The notes: a model not told the origin generated them from the letters alone. DNA of 64,000 nt from Candidatus Poribacteria bacterium (GCA_965215015.1 OZ244042.1:3200001-3264000), one strand, 5' to 3'. Positions 29,701-41,459 are shown, counted from the stretch's first letter. Translations and numbers: made by a program.

Positions 29701-30735
29701 ATCTGGCATCACGAAATTTGGGAAACGCCCCGCTTATTCCTTGCCGATCTGAATAGGGACAACTTCAACGAACTTTATCTTAACAACACAGAAAACCTAC
29801 TTACATTCGCACACGTCCACGCCAGTAATCCAAATAGCGTTGTGAACATTCAACCGTATGGGCTATCTGCCACGCCGCTCAGTGTACGTGCAGTTCGGAT
29901 TGATTGGGAAACGCCAGAGGGAGCGGTATCTTATACTGTTTATAAAGCAATTGGTGAATCAGATGAAGTGCCCTCCCACTTTGAAACCATCGCCAAAGAC
30001 CTAGATTTTGTGGGCTTTCTTGACCGGAAAGTGCAGAAGGATGTAACCTACTGGTACACTGTCTCCGCAAAGGATGAAACTGGGACTGAATCCGCCCAAT
30101 CCGAGCCGGTCTCTGTCACTCCTCGCACCCCACCCGAACTGGTTGCGGCAGCGTACATCCAACACAGCCAAGTCGCCGTTACTTATGACAAACAGATGGG
30201 ACCTTCCGCGGGTAATCGACGCCTCTATCTCTTGCGGGAACCAAAGCAACTTACTGGCACTAACCCTGTATCCGTAATTCGAGATCACATGGGAAAGCGA
30301 GCTATCCTCACCTTCCGAGCAGTGGATCTGGTTCCCGGGCACACCTATGAAATTACCGTTTCAAACGTTCGAGATACAGATCGGAACCCTATAAACCCCC
30401 TAGAGGCAACCCAGACATTTGAGGTGCCTCCTGAAACGGATTTCAACGATTTTAAGGATTTTTCACGAGCAAGAGTATACCCCAATCCTGTGCGCCCCGG
30501 CGAATCTCACAAGAGTGCTGTCACGTTTGATCGCCTCCCCACCGGGACAACGATTGAAATTTATAATACGAATGGAGAGCACCTTGATAGATTGACTGTC
30601 ACCGCTTCCGATGCTGGTCGTAGGGAATGGTTACTTCTCAATTATATTGCAACGGAGATAACCAGCGGAATTTATATCTATGTGATGGAATTTGAAGATC
30701 TGAAAAAGACTGGCAAAATTGCGGTGATTAAGTGA
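26704..30735 (+). CDS. Secreted S8 subtilase with FG-GAP/VCBS repeats, FN3/Ig domains and a T9SS-type-A-like C-terminal domain
   Basis: AIVDTG, HGTHVAG, AAAGN, SGTSMA; DxDGDG repeats; C-terminal VYPNP...IEIYN..G...SGIYIY...GKIAVIK; start uncertain (26689 overlaps a REP). Confidence 0.88.
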   Translation: MQGKIFVNEKFDRTSRRLWWIIPTLLQTLLLLSLSTAIGPWNAFSLPSSDSSQFTPGELLIRVTPKAHAELERLHAKAPLQKLHNQMGVRSVYRLFPHIAHSESNPNLERIYLLRFQIPADLHTLKAAYAAHSLIEAVEFNYIRQTQASEIIPNDPLYEEQWSLSLIDMPEAWAIEKGDPEVIIAIVDTGFDYTHEDLASQTWINVGEIPDNGVDDDNNGYIDDVHGWDFSEPSNSNGSKGSQNGDNDPIDESGHGTHVAGIVGATVDNDVGIAGIAWNCTLMPIRGAGVAGIRDDRSAAAIIYAVDNGARVINMSWGGHERSFVLRDAVDYAYARGVLMVAAAGNASEDESIFPAGYRKVISVATTQQHKQRFYQSNFGASIDIGAPGNVILSTHINNRYRPLSGTSMATAHVSGVAALIISKRPSLTHEEVRQILLSTTDPITESPELVDAGNLNAARALMASGSLQARILSPETHTGGSNQIEIVGTAGGFKFDRWQLLYGLSTVPTVFQPINAPSQRQKTNETLLFWETSAIAEGIYTVRLEVSDIEGKVLRDEVVVSVDRTPPQVRNVRVQNQMTKGNYATVVSWSTDDFTINTLSQRAREATAPFRPIEENSASREHFFSLSLDTGSYDLFITSRNDAGLESVDDNDGKFYRAEIISGSVSPNGFIGTSTTLPPMHLGGVTADFDRDGLLEIVGLPITADAAAGIQIHERTSAGVYQLRHTGVINSKPFAFDDTDGDGLLEILSGTKEQLFLVESVTQNGYPEKIIWETPYLSSGQIADLDGDGRQEIVGADNANDSIRIFENRGNDSYDEVLVIKNETAGSNVFGEQFAIGDFDANGIPELIVGDSEGELFIYESVGDNLLAETWRMKIDVENAYQLAAGDLTGDGIPEFVIGGTVLEEDLPSMLPRWQYHVFTAFPPAGTTLQTGGSHVSRYQSIWSQVIAPFHLKGNSVAIGDVDGDSHNELVILANPSVYVFKWRNGLNGDQVPSSFVPIWHHEIWETPRLFLADLNRDNFNELYLNNTENLLTFAHVHASNPNSVVNIQPYGLSATPLSVRAVRIDWETPEGAVSYTVYKAIGESDEVPSHFETIAKDLDFVGFLDRKVQKDVTYWYTVSAKDETGTESAQSEPVSVTPRTPPELVAAAYIQHSQVAVTYDKQMGPSAGNRRLYLLREPKQLTGTNPVSVIRDHMGKRAILTFRAVDLVPGHTYEITVSNVRDTDRNPINPLEATQTFEVPPETDFNDFKDFSRARVYPNPVRPGESHKSAVTFDRLPTGTTIEIYNTNGEHLDRLTVTASDAGRREWLLLNYIATEITSGIYIYVMEFEDLKKTGKIAVIK

Positions 30736-31214
30736 AGGTGGGCTACTAACATGGAATATCTTGCGTGTTGCGTAAGATACGACGGGTAAATTTAATCAAC
30801 CCTTTAAGTTCGGGAGTATATTACGTTCTCTACTTAGGACAGCGTCGGTCTAAACCGTATTGACCTGTCAATTCGGCTTCAATTGGGTTAGCCAATCCCA
30901 GTGATACCCTGGGGGCATTTAGTTTTGAGTGGTGCCCATAAAGTAGGAGGCACACTCCGCGTGCCGTGCAATCTGCGTCATCTGCTGAATCCGCGATTCA
31001 GACGCCTATCAGTGGATTGAGATTTGGCAATCCAGACGGAGCGAAGCGAAAAACTTGTACCCCCTATCGTTTCTTTTAATTTCACTTGCGGATCATTGAG
31101 ATTCCTGTTATAATCAATCGGTTTCTGATGGCAATTTTTCTGAACGCACAAAGCACCGATCAACCACTTCCACATCGCAGTGATCTAAGTTTTGACCTGT
31201 ACGAGTTTCTGATA

Positions 31215-31734
31215 TAGGACTTACGCATTTCAGTTTGTAGTAGCGCGTTCATTGCGCGTCCCAACGGGTGATAAATCACCCTACTACATACCTGAGGGGT
31301 GCTCATAATAATAGTCTGAATCGCGGATTCAGCAGATGATGCGGGCAGCAGGGGTACAGAACGCGTCCCAACGGGTGATAAATCACCCTACTACATACCT
31401 GAGGGGTGCTCATAATAATAGTCTGAATTGCGGATTAAACAGATGATGCGGATTGCACGGGTACGGATAGGGGGCTCAGGCGGGAGATGAGGCAAGAGGC
31501 CCTACCTACGGGGTTGGGAGTGCTTTGTTTTTTCAGTTATGTTTGGTATTTTAATGGCAGTTGGGTGTTAGGCCAGCCATATTGGTTTACGGCAGGACGG
31601 AGTGTGCCTGCTCCTTTATGAGCACTACTCACATACCTAAGGCCTGACTGTAGCTGCCCGCTTCATCGGGCGTCGGTGTGCGATCATAAATCGTCGAACT
31701 ACGAGGCTTTGGGCGTTCGGCTGCGTAGGTCCTA
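31215..31734. mobile_element. Composite MITE with TAGGACTTACGCA ends containing REP doublets and a nested MITE
   Basis: TIR TAGGACTTACGCA / TGCGTAGGTCCTA; 5-bp flanking duplication TGATA (31210-31214, 31735-31739). Confidence 0.75.
31401..31630. mobile_element. Nested MITE with 14-bp TIR and 8-bp target duplication
   Basis: GAGGGGTGCTCATA / TATGAGCACTACTC flanked by ACATACCT (31393-31400, 31631-31638). Confidence 0.8.
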
Positions 31735-31862
31735 TGATATAAGTTGTTTATTGAGTCCTAGCAATTATCTTCCTCTAGTTCATAGAGGTATTGTGGATTA
31801 GTTTTTGATCTTGCGGTGCTAGAGGGGATACGCTATAATGTAGCCCTCTTCGGGATAAACTA

Positions 31863-32600
31863 ATGCGATACTTTATTTTCAGCGATGTTCATGCAAATCT
31901 TGAAGCATTTGATGCCGTTTTATCGGCAATTGCTGAGGAGCAAGTTGATAAGATTATTTTTCTCGGTGATATCGTTGGCTACGGTGCCCAACCAAATGAA
32001 GCTGTTGACCGATTGAAACACCTCAAGCCCGACGCGATGATTCGAGGGAATCACGATAAGGTTATTGCTCGCATCGAAGATGGCAGCAATTTCCAACACC
32101 TTGCTTACACTAGTGCGATGTGGTCGCGTCTGCAGATACGGCCAGATAACGAAGCGTATTTGGGGTGTATGCCTCAGGGACCGATAACGCTAGAACAGGG
32201 GATTCAAATATCACACGGCAGCCCTCACGATGAGGATTTTTACATCCTAACCCATTGGGACGCACGATCAATCCTGCATCAAAGCGAAAGTTGGATCGTA
32301 TTTTATGGACACACCCATCTTCCGATGATCTATTCGACGGGATCAAAATTCTCTCAGTATTGTCCAGAAGAGGATGAATCTTACTACAGACTTTCAAAAG
32401 ATAAGCAGTATCTAATTAATCCCGGATCCGTTGGCCAACCACGCGATCTCAATCCCAAGGCAAGTTTTGGTCTCCTTGATACCGACGAAAACACCATTTG
32501 TATAAAGCGGGTTGGATACGATATTCAAGCCACACAGTGCAAAATCCGCGAAGCTGGGCTGCCCACATGGCACGCTGACCGATTGGCAGCTGGACGCTAA
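31863..32600 (+). CDS. Metallophosphoesterase family protein
   Basis: SDVHAN, LGDIVGYG, RGNHD, HGSP, GHTH, NPGSVGQPRD. Confidence 0.92.
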   Translation: MRYFIFSDVHANLEAFDAVLSAIAEEQVDKIIFLGDIVGYGAQPNEAVDRLKHLKPDAMIRGNHDKVIARIEDGSNFQHLAYTSAMWSRLQIRPDNEAYLGCMPQGPITLEQGIQISHGSPHDEDFYILTHWDARSILHQSESWIVFYGHTHLPMIYSTGSKFSQYCPEEDESYYRLSKDKQYLINPGSVGQPRDLNPKASFGLLDTDENTICIKRVGYDIQATQCKIREAGLPTWHADRLAAGR

Positions 32601-32656
32601 TTAATATTTAGACTTACCCTCAGCTCCTGACCACTAAGCCCTGACCCTGATTCCCA

Positions 32657-33328
32657 ATGACCATCACCCAAACCGATAAAGCTGTCATTATTGCAAGTAT
32701 CACCACTTTTTTGACATTTCTGATAAATGCTAAGCTCGGTTCAACCTGGTTGCTTTATCTGAACGTGCTCGTGGTGGTGGGGCTGTTTGGTTATGCGAGT
32801 CGCCCATGGAACCCGCTCTCGTATCTATCACGTAGCGCGATTTTTGGTGCAATTGCAGCAATTACCTATATTCCACTGGATTGGTTGTTCTCTCAAAATG
32901 TTAAGCTGCTCTCCTATTTAAGCTTGCGCGATATTCGGATAGCCGCCGTGCCCTTAAGTTTACTCCTAACTTGGATGATTGCCATAACTATAATCATCTA
33001 CATCTATCATCGTCTCAATGCAAGTTGGGAAAAGCCCTATATCCCCGCGGTGGTTATTGGCAGCGTTGCGTTTGTGGGCAGCACTGTTTTCGACCAATTT
33101 GGCTCTGCACGCTTATGGAACTGGAATGCAATCCGCTTTTCCTATGTTCCCTATATCGGCTCCGTTCCGGTTTGTGTTCCGATAGCACTTGCTCTGACCT
33201 TTTTGCTTTCCCCTTACTACTTCCGTAGACACCATGTCGTTGTGGGAGGTATCCGGTGCGGCCTTTTTATCGGGATAATGCAGCTTCTCTGTTTTATGTT
33301 GTTTCGCTTCATTGGAATATCACATTGA
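32657..33328 (+). CDS. Integral membrane protein of unknown function
   Basis: About 7 hydrophobic segments; two internally similar halves (IAAVPL / IGSVPV). Confidence 0.75.
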   Translation: MTITQTDKAVIIASITTFLTFLINAKLGSTWLLYLNVLVVVGLFGYASRPWNPLSYLSRSAIFGAIAAITYIPLDWLFSQNVKLLSYLSLRDIRIAAVPLSLLLTWMIAITIIIYIYHRLNASWEKPYIPAVVIGSVAFVGSTVFDQFGSARLWNWNAIRFSYVPYIGSVPVCVPIALALTFLLSPYYFRRHHVVVGGIRCGLFIGIMQLLCFMLFRFIGISH

Positions 33329-33377
33329 AGGAAACCGTTGTTGTGTTTGCCGCACGCTTTAGGCCTAAGGAGTTATA

Positions 33378-33911
33378 ATGATTAAATCGACAACAATTCT
33401 TACAGTACGGCGGAACAATCAAATCGCCATCGGTGGCGATGGACAAGTTACTTTAGGAGATACCGCAATTAAACATAGAGCGAAGAAAATTCGTCGTGCT
33501 TATAACGGTCAGGTACTGTTAGGCTTTGCCGGTTCAGCGGCGGACGCGCTCACTCTGTTTGAGAATCTTGAAAAAAAATTGGATCAGTATCGCGGTAATC
33601 TTCAAAGAGCGGCTGTTGAGTTTGCAAGAGATTGGCGAGGCGATCGCGTCCTCCGTCGGACAGAAGCGTTGTTGGTCGCAGTAGATGCCAAAAGGGGCTA
33701 TCTCCTCTCCGGGAGCGGCGACGTGCTTGAGCCAGATGATGGGGTCTTAGGTATTGGATCCGGCGGTTCTATCGCTCTATCTGCCGCCAGAGCACTTTTG
33801 AAGCACTCTTCGCTCACCGCCAAAGAAATTGTTGAAGAAGCGTTACAAATAACCAGCGACATTTGCGTTTATACCAATAGCAGCATTGAAATTGAAACAC
33901 TTGAGGTTTAA
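33378..33911 (+). CDS. hslV: ATP-dependent protease subunit HslV
   Basis: [31 protein letters not shown]. Confidence 0.96.
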   Translation: MIKSTTILTVRRNNQIAIGGDGQVTLGDTAIKHRAKKIRRAYNGQVLLGFAGSAADALTLFENLEKKLDQYRGNLQRAAVEFARDWRGDRVLRRTEALLVAVDAKRGYLLSGSGDVLEPDDGVLGIGSGGSIALSAARALLKHSSLTAKEIVEEALQITSDICVYTNSSIEIETLEV

Positions 33912-33961
33912 TTTTAGAATTATTGCTATTCAATAACAGATGTAAAAAACGGAGGTACACA

Positions 33962-35455
33962 TTGGCAACCCTCAATTCTTCATCAAATCCAAAAACATTA
34001 GCAGATGCCCTGACCCCCAAACAGATTGTTGAAGAACTCGATAAATATATTATTGGTCAAGCGGAGGCGAAACGTTCAGTCGCCATTGCGCTTCGCAATC
34101 GAGCCCGCCGACAGATGCTTGAGGATGACATGCGGGATGAAGTCGCACCTAAAAATATCATCATGATTGGAACAACAGGGGTCGGAAAAACCGAAATTGC
34201 GAGGCGATTGGCGCGTTTAGTAGAAGCACCATTTATTAAAGTAGAAGCCTCAAAATATACGGAAGTTGGCTATGTTGGGCGCGATGTAGAAGCGATGATT
34301 CGGGATCTTGCAGACCTTGCAGTCAATATGGTGAAGGCGGAACAGGCGGAGGTAGTCAGGGAAAAAGCCCTTGAACTCACCGAAGAACGGCTCTTAGATT
34401 TTTTGATACCGCCGCCGCGGTCAAAGATGAGCCCTGAGTCTGCTGAAAAAAATGTCGAGATTAGTGATGAGGATAAAGCGGACGCAGGTTCGGACGGGAT
34501 GGAGCAATTATTAGCAGGCCAGCAGCTTGATGTAACTGAACGGTCAGAAGTCAGTGAACAGGAGCAGGAAAGATATCTACGGACGCGGGAAAAGTTTCGT
34601 CAACGACTGAGAGATGGAAAGCTGGAAGATAAGCCTATCGAAATTAATGTAAGCAACCGAACGGTTCCTTTTGTTGAAATCTTCTCTCCAAGTGGCATTG
34701 AGGAGATGGATATCAATTTGAAGGATATGTTTGGGAGTATTCTGCCTAAACAGGAGAAGAAGCGCCGTGTAGCTATCTCTGAAGCCCGTCAGATCCTTGT
34801 GCAAGAAGAGGCGGAGCGGCTGATCGATATGGACCATGTCGTCAGTGAGGCTATTGCGCGCGTGGAAAACTCAGGTATCGTTTTTCTGGATGAAATCGAT
34901 AAGATTGCCGGACGTGAATCCAAGTCAGGCCCCGATGTTTCGCGAGAAGGTGTTCAGCGCGACATCCTACCGATTATCGAAGGAAGTACGGTGATGACAA
35001 AGCACGGTATGGTTCGTACCGATCACATTTTATTTATCGCCTCCGGTGCGTTTCATGTCTCCAAGCCCTCGGATCTCATTCCAGAGTTGCAGGGACGTTT
35101 CCCAATTCGTGTCGAACTGACAAGCTTGAATGAAGGGGACTTCAAACGTATTCTCACCGAACCGAAGAACGCGCTAGAGAAGCAGTATATCGCCATGTTG
35201 AAAACGGAAGGTATCGACGTGACCATTACTAATGATGCGATTGACGAAATTGCTGCCTTGGCTTTTCAGGTGAATGAATCGGTGGAAGATATTGGGGCAC
35301 GCCGGCTCCATACCATCATGGAGAAGCTCTTTGATGAACTCTCCTTCAATGCTCCAGACCTAGGGGAGGAATCGATCACAATCAATGCCGATTACGTCAC
35401 AGAGCAGTTATCTGAAATTGTGAAGGACGAGGATATCAGCAAATATATTCTCTAG
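33962..35455 (+). CDS. hslU: ATP-dependent protease ATPase subunit HslU
   Basis: [53 protein letters not shown]; TTG at 33962 behind GGAGG. Confidence 0.96.
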   Translation: MATLNSSSNPKTLADALTPKQIVEELDKYIIGQAEAKRSVAIALRNRARRQMLEDDMRDEVAPKNIIMIGTTGVGKTEIARRLARLVEAPFIKVEASKYTEVGYVGRDVEAMIRDLADLAVNMVKAEQAEVVREKALELTEERLLDFLIPPPRSKMSPESAEKNVEISDEDKADAGSDGMEQLLAGQQLDVTERSEVSEQEQERYLRTREKFRQRLRDGKLEDKPIEINVSNRTVPFVEIFSPSGIEEMDINLKDMFGSILPKQEKKRRVAISEARQILVQEEAERLIDMDHVVSEAIARVENSGIVFLDEIDKIAGRESKSGPDVSREGVQRDILPIIEGSTVMTKHGMVRTDHILFIASGAFHVSKPSDLIPELQGRFPIRVELTSLNEGDFKRILTEPKNALEKQYIAMLKTEGIDVTITNDAIDEIAALAFQVNESVEDIGARRLHTIMEKLFDELSFNAPDLGEESITINADYVTEQLSEIVKDEDISKYIL

Positions 35456-35694
35456 GGTCAGGCGAGGAACGGGATGAGGAATAGTAAAGGGGTGGGTGTA
35501 TTCGGCGGGCGGTGACAGTTAACTCCAAGTATGCCTGCTACTGTTGAGCGATTTATGGTCTATGGTGACGCGGGTTGAATTGCGGTATTACAAACTCAAG
35601 TACGTAACTCCTAAAATTGAACCCATCTCCGTTAAAGATTTCTATCTAATTGGCAATAGCAAAATGTCAACACGCCCTGGGCACTCCATGCTTA

Positions 35695-36621
35695 TTAGCT
35701 ATCCATTATAGGAAACGTTTCCAAGAATTGATGAACCTCTTCCACTGTTGGTAAACCGGTGCGCCCACCGAGTTGACAGCAGTTGAGCGACGCGACCGCC
35801 GAAGCGAACCGGACTATTTCCTCAACGCTCCAATCCTGCAAGACGCCATAGATAAACCCACCGTGAAACGCATCCCCTGCCCCGGTGGTATCTACCACAT
35901 CAACGGGGAAGGCTGGAAACGTAAGGAGCCCCGCTTCCCATTTTGCAACACAACCCCGCTCGCCAAGCGTCACGACCGCGATACGCGCGCCAAATTCGCA
36001 AAGTCGCTGCACGATTGCTTCGGGCGACGCACCGGGCATCCATCCCTGTGCAAAAGCTTCTGATACGATGGGGACATCGACCAACGGCAATAGTGACTTG
36101 GTAAGCACTTCACTGTGCCATGTGCCATCTAACACCACAGTAACGCCCGCTGCTTTCGCCCATTTCGCCGCTTGGACCGAGGCTTCATCCGCATTGTCAA
36201 GGTGCAGGACCTTAGCAGATGCAATCTCTTGGCGATCCAGATCTGATAGGGCCAAGGGGGTGTTGGTCTCCCGACGGGAGGTGAAGCAACGTTCACCGGT
36301 GGTCTGATCAACGAGAACGAGCACAGCGCGGGAGAAGACGTTCGGTTCAAGCATCAATCGGCTGACATCTACGCCTTCCTTCCGAAATTCTTCGCGGATG
36401 AACATACCTTCAGGATCATCACCGACTCTTCCAACAAAACGGGTGGAAACACCCAGCCGGGCAAGGGTGACGAGTGCCGTTGCAACAGGACCACCGGATT
36501 GGCGAAGGTATTGAGAAGCACGCCACGATCTACCAAATGCCGGCAGTTGGGGAACGACAAACAGCATATCGGCTGTGCATGCGCCAATTCCAATAACATC
36601 TGGGAAATTGTCTTGATTCAT
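35695..36621 (-). CDS. PfkB family carbohydrate kinase
   Basis: GGPVATA, VGDDPEG, VTLGERG, DTTGAGDAF. Confidence 0.92.
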   Translation of the reverse strand: MNQDNFPDVIGIGACTADMLFVVPQLPAFGRSWRASQYLRQSGGPVATALVTLARLGVSTRFVGRVGDDPEGMFIREEFRKEGVDVSRLMLEPNVFSRAVLVLVDQTTGERCFTSRRETNTPLALSDLDRQEIASAKVLHLDNADEASVQAAKWAKAAGVTVVLDGTWHSEVLTKSLLPLVDVPIVSEAFAQGWMPGASPEAIVQRLCEFGARIAVVTLGERGCVAKWEAGLLTFPAFPVDVVDTTGAGDAFHGGFIYGVLQDWSVEEIVRFASAVASLNCCQLGGRTGLPTVEEVHQFLETFPIMDS

Positions 36622-36752
36622 GATAATTCCTGATTATCGAGTTCGGAACAAGAGTGAAACGTGAAAACAGTTAGCTTATAGGTTCATTGGGGTGGAAACG
36701 ACCTCCTCACCTACTCACACCAAAGGTTATTATCTTGTGTAAGCCTTACATG

Positions 36753-37595
36753 CTATTTCAGCCCCCAAATCTCCGCCGCGGTGCCGCCTAAAATGCGTTC
36801 GCGCTGGGTATTCGTCAGGAAAGGCAGACCTTCCCGGACAAGCCGCAACTCCTGATCCAGGGTTGGCCAATTGTGCTTGAGACGGTGATGACCTGGGTAT
36901 CCCGTCCCCCACACCATCCGCTCGGCTCCAAAGGCACCTACGAGTCTCTCGATGAATGGATGCACGTCTGTGTAAGGAAAATCCTGGCTAGAGCGACCGG
37001 CCACATCAGATAGTTTCAAATACATATTGTCGTACCGGGCAAGATTAACGATTGGCTGAAACTCCGCTTCGCCCGCATTAATCTGAGGGTAGCCCATGTG
37101 GTCAAGAATCAGTTTTAGGGAAGGATATCGATCTGCAATCGCTGCGACCTGATCGGCAAACTCTGCCCGCAGATGAAATTGAATAACCGCATTCAGCGAA
37201 GCAATCTCTTCCCACATCGGTTCATTCTGACGGGTCAACAAAATCTTTTCGTCGGGATAGTACATCGGGTGAAAGCGAAAGCCTACCAACCCCCGTTCAT
37301 TTATCCAGTAGCGCACTTGTTCCGCATTGTTCGGGTCCTGCGGATCGATCAGACCGTGCCCAACGAAGCGGTTTGGGAAGCGTTCTACCGAATCAGCGAT
37401 GTAGCCGTTGTCCCAAGTGGACCAACTGGTCTGCACCAGCACCGTCCAGTCCACCCCATGCACGTCCATCTCTGCCAATAACTCGTCGACGGTGCCTGGC
37501 TCGTCCGGATAGGAGTTCCAGCTAGGCGAAGTTGGACCGATAGGATATTTGGGTGGGTCAATTTCCCAAACGTGGACGTGGGTATCAACAATCAT
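36753..37595 (-). CDS. Amidohydrolase_2 family protein (sugar-lactonase-like)
   Basis: DTHVH, LVQ, GFRFHP, LDHMG, LKLS, WGTGYP. Confidence 0.88.
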   Translation of the reverse strand: MIVDTHVHVWEIDPPKYPIGPTSPSWNSYPDEPGTVDELLAEMDVHGVDWTVLVQTSWSTWDNGYIADSVERFPNRFVGHGLIDPQDPNNAEQVRYWINERGLVGFRFHPMYYPDEKILLTRQNEPMWEEIASLNAVIQFHLRAEFADQVAAIADRYPSLKLILDHMGYPQINAGEAEFQPIVNLARYDNMYLKLSDVAGRSSQDFPYTDVHPFIERLVGAFGAERMVWGTGYPGHHRLKHNWPTLDQELRLVREGLPFLTNTQRERILGGTAAEIWGLK

Positions 37596-37606
37596 AAAAG
37601 CTCCCT

Positions 37607-38530
37607 TCAGTCGCTTACTCGCAATGCGGTTTCTTCCTTCATCAATGTCTCCATCATAGCGTGAACTCGCGGCAAATCCTGCGGTCCCACATCCTCAGCA
37701 AAAGGAATGACTGGGCCACCGGACAATCCCGCGTAATCCATAGCGGCATGTAGTGCTGAACCACTGTACCGCCCCCCATCTTCACCTCGAAAATCCTCGA
37801 ACGGCACCATCAGCGCACGGAGGCGTTCCGCTTCTGCCTTATCGCCTGTTGCAAATTTTTGATGCAGCGTCAGGCTCATTCGCGGCACGAAATTCGCCAT
37901 GCCCGAACTGAAACCTACCGCACCGTGCGCCATGTAATCGATGCAAGGATCTTCTGCCATGCCACAGACCATTGCCGCGCGATCTCCCGCCTTCTCTACA
38001 ATTCGATCAAAGGCGTCTAAATCCTCCACCGCATACTTTAGACCAATCACCTCATCCAGCTGACAGAGGCTGATCACATCGTCCACCGGCATAATGTCCA
38101 ACCGTCGCTGGTAAAGGACTGTAGGCAACTGCACCACTTTTGCTATCTCCCTGAGTCCGTTGTAAACGCCGTTGGCAGAGGCGGGACCAACGATTGGCAT
38201 AATCATTACACCCGCAACGCCCAGGGATCGGGCGATATGTCCCATCTCCAAAGCTCTCCCAAATCCTGGACCGATACCCGGCACGATATACGCCGCATCT
38301 CCAGCTTCGTCAAGGAATGTGCCCACCACCGCTTCGTACTCCTCCAGACTGGCATCGTAGACCATGCCGGTGCCGCACTCCGGCATAATGAAATCCACAC
38401 CGTGCTGGATGAGGTAACGGACATTTTTCCGTACTCCTTCCAGATCCACTCGCCGGTCTTCCTTGCGCGGCGTAATGGCAACTACCAAGACGTTGCGGCA
38501 CGCTTCTCGATCCAAGCACTGCTTACCCAT
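37607..38530 (-). CDS. Dihydrodipicolinate synthase family protein (KDG dehydratase-like)
   Basis: ITP, CGTG, VLYQR, IGLKYA, GFSSGMANFVP. Confidence 0.82.
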   Translation of the reverse strand: MGKQCLDREACRNVLVVAITPRKEDRRVDLEGVRKNVRYLIQHGVDFIMPECGTGMVYDASLEEYEAVVGTFLDEAGDAAYIVPGIGPGFGRALEMGHIARSLGVAGVMIMPIVGPASANGVYNGLREIAKVVQLPTVLYQRRLDIMPVDDVISLCQLDEVIGLKYAVEDLDAFDRIVEKAGDRAAMVCGMAEDPCIDYMAHGAVGFSSGMANFVPRMSLTLHQKFATGDKAEAERLRALMVPFEDFRGEDGGRYSGSALHAAMDYAGLSGGPVIPFAEDVGPQDLPRVHAMMETLMKEETALRVSD

Positions 38531-38531
38531 T

Positions 38532-39572
38532 TTACGCTCCTTCCCGATATCTCGCTAGTTTCTTCTGAAAAGACTTCCGTTCAAGAACCTCACGATTCAC
38601 CACATTCTCTGGGATTTCGCCCTGCGATACCTGAATCGCTTTCTGACAGTTTAACCTGCCGATGTCTCGGTAGCATTCCTCCGTCAAAGCAATAGCGTGA
38701 GGGGACACAATCACGTTATCCAATTTTAACAACGGTTCATTGGGATCCACCGGCTCTTCTTCAAAGACATCAATACCTGCGGCCCGGATGCGTTTTTCCT
38801 GTAAAACTTGCGTCAAGACACGCTGATCAACTATAGGACCACGGGCGGTGTTGATAAAAAACGCTGTCGGCTTCATGAGTGTGAACTCTCTTTCGCCGAT
38901 CAATCCCCGCGTTTCATCGGTCAGTGGACAGGTGACACACACGTAATCGGATTCGCGCATCACGGTGGGTAGATCAACAATCTCCACGTTCAGGGATTTG
39001 GCAACCTCCGGCGAAACATACGGATCAAATGTCAGGAATCGCATACCGAAAGGTTGTAACAAACGAAACAATTCGGTGGAGATGTTTCCAAGCCCGACCG
39101 ACCCCAGTGTGCGTCCTATTAGGTCAACACCGGTTTCCAACCCTTCTCGCCAAGTGCCCGCGCGTGTTGCACGGTCATACGCAAAAAGGTTTTTTGAGAG
39201 GGCAAACATCAGTCCAATAATGCCTTCCGCCACGGGACGACGCACCCCGCTTGGCGCGATAGCAACCATCACATCTGCTTCTGTCGCCGCTTGGAGATCG
39301 ATATTATCGTAACCGACCCCGTGCCTTGCTATCAGAGTCAATCGATCCGCCCCATCAAATGTCTCGCGGGGATATTTCCCTCCAAGTGCGATGAAGGCGT
39401 CCAATCCGCGTATCTCATCCGGCGGCACAAATGGACGCTCGTGTGCAATAAATGTGTATTCGATGTGCGGCTCCTTGTCTAAGAGATCTAGCCCAACATC
39501 CTTGAATCGAACTTTGCCATCCTCTCCAAGGAAACCGGGGGTCAATCCAACACGGAATTTTTCCTGCGCCAT
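38532..39572 (-). CDS. D-isomer-specific 2-hydroxyacid dehydrogenase
   Basis: HGVGYDNID, GLGNIS, NTARGPIVD, DVFEEEP, SPH; start moved to the ATG at 39572. Confidence 0.9.
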   Translation of the reverse strand: MAQEKFRVGLTPGFLGEDGKVRFKDVGLDLLDKEPHIEYTFIAHERPFVPPDEIRGLDAFIALGGKYPRETFDGADRLTLIARHGVGYDNIDLQAATEADVMVAIAPSGVRRPVAEGIIGLMFALSKNLFAYDRATRAGTWREGLETGVDLIGRTLGSVGLGNISTELFRLLQPFGMRFLTFDPYVSPEVAKSLNVEIVDLPTVMRESDYVCVTCPLTDETRGLIGEREFTLMKPTAFFINTARGPIVDQRVLTQVLQEKRIRAAGIDVFEEEPVDPNEPLLKLDNVIVSPHAIALTEECYRDIGRLNCQKAIQVSQGEIPENVVNREVLERKSFQKKLARYREGA

Positions 39573-39712
39573 AAAGTTCTCTCTTTCTGTTATTGAGTAA
39601 TCTAAGTTTGAACCTGTATAGAATGGATCAAAATCGTTTTGGGGTTTGCTTCGTTTTTTTTCAGCATGAAACGTAAGACAAAAGAACCCGTGAAACATGG
39701 AGCCCCAACCCC

Positions 39713-40096
39713 TCATTTCCAAATTCCGTAAGCGAGCACGTGACCAAGCCAAGCCGCACCCAAACCAAGCACCACATGCACAGCAACGTTGGCAATGGCA
39801 GCATCACTATCGCCCGCTTGCCACAAATTCATCGTTTCATTACCAAATGTCGAGAACGTTGTGAATCCACCTAACAGTCCCATAAAAATAAATAAGCGAG
39901 CCTCCGGACTCAAGAGTCCACGCATCTCTACCCATTGGAAAAGGAATCCGATGAACAAGCAGCCTGTTAAATTGACTGCCAATGTCCCGTAGGGAAATCC
40001 GGTGCCTCTCATCAGATGTTGGATATACCCGCTTAAGAGGTATCGCCCTATTGAGCCAAGGAAGCCTCCCAATCCGACCCAGAGTATTTTCCCCAC
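39713..40096 (-). CDS. crcB: Fluoride efflux channel Fluc/CrcB
   Basis: GGFLGSIGRY, FPYGTLAVN, GLLGGFTTFSTF. Confidence 0.95.
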   Translation of the reverse strand: MGKILWVGLGGFLGSIGRYLLSGYIQHLMRGTGFPYGTLAVNLTGCLFIGFLFQWVEMRGLLSPEARLFIFMGLLGGFTTFSTFGNETMNLWQAGDSDAAIANVAVHVVLGLGAAWLGHVLAYGIWK

Positions 40097-40140
40097 ACTA
40101 ATGAACTCCCTTTTTCTTCTACTACCAGTTGGAGTCTACC

Positions 40141-41436
<1,296 letters not shown>

Positions 41437-41459
41437 TCAAAATCTCCTCTTTGTTACGC

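Noticed and set aside
30978-31175. 65-aa ORF between the S8 protease and the composite MITE
   Set aside because: No SD and no recognisable motif, and it runs into repeat sequence.
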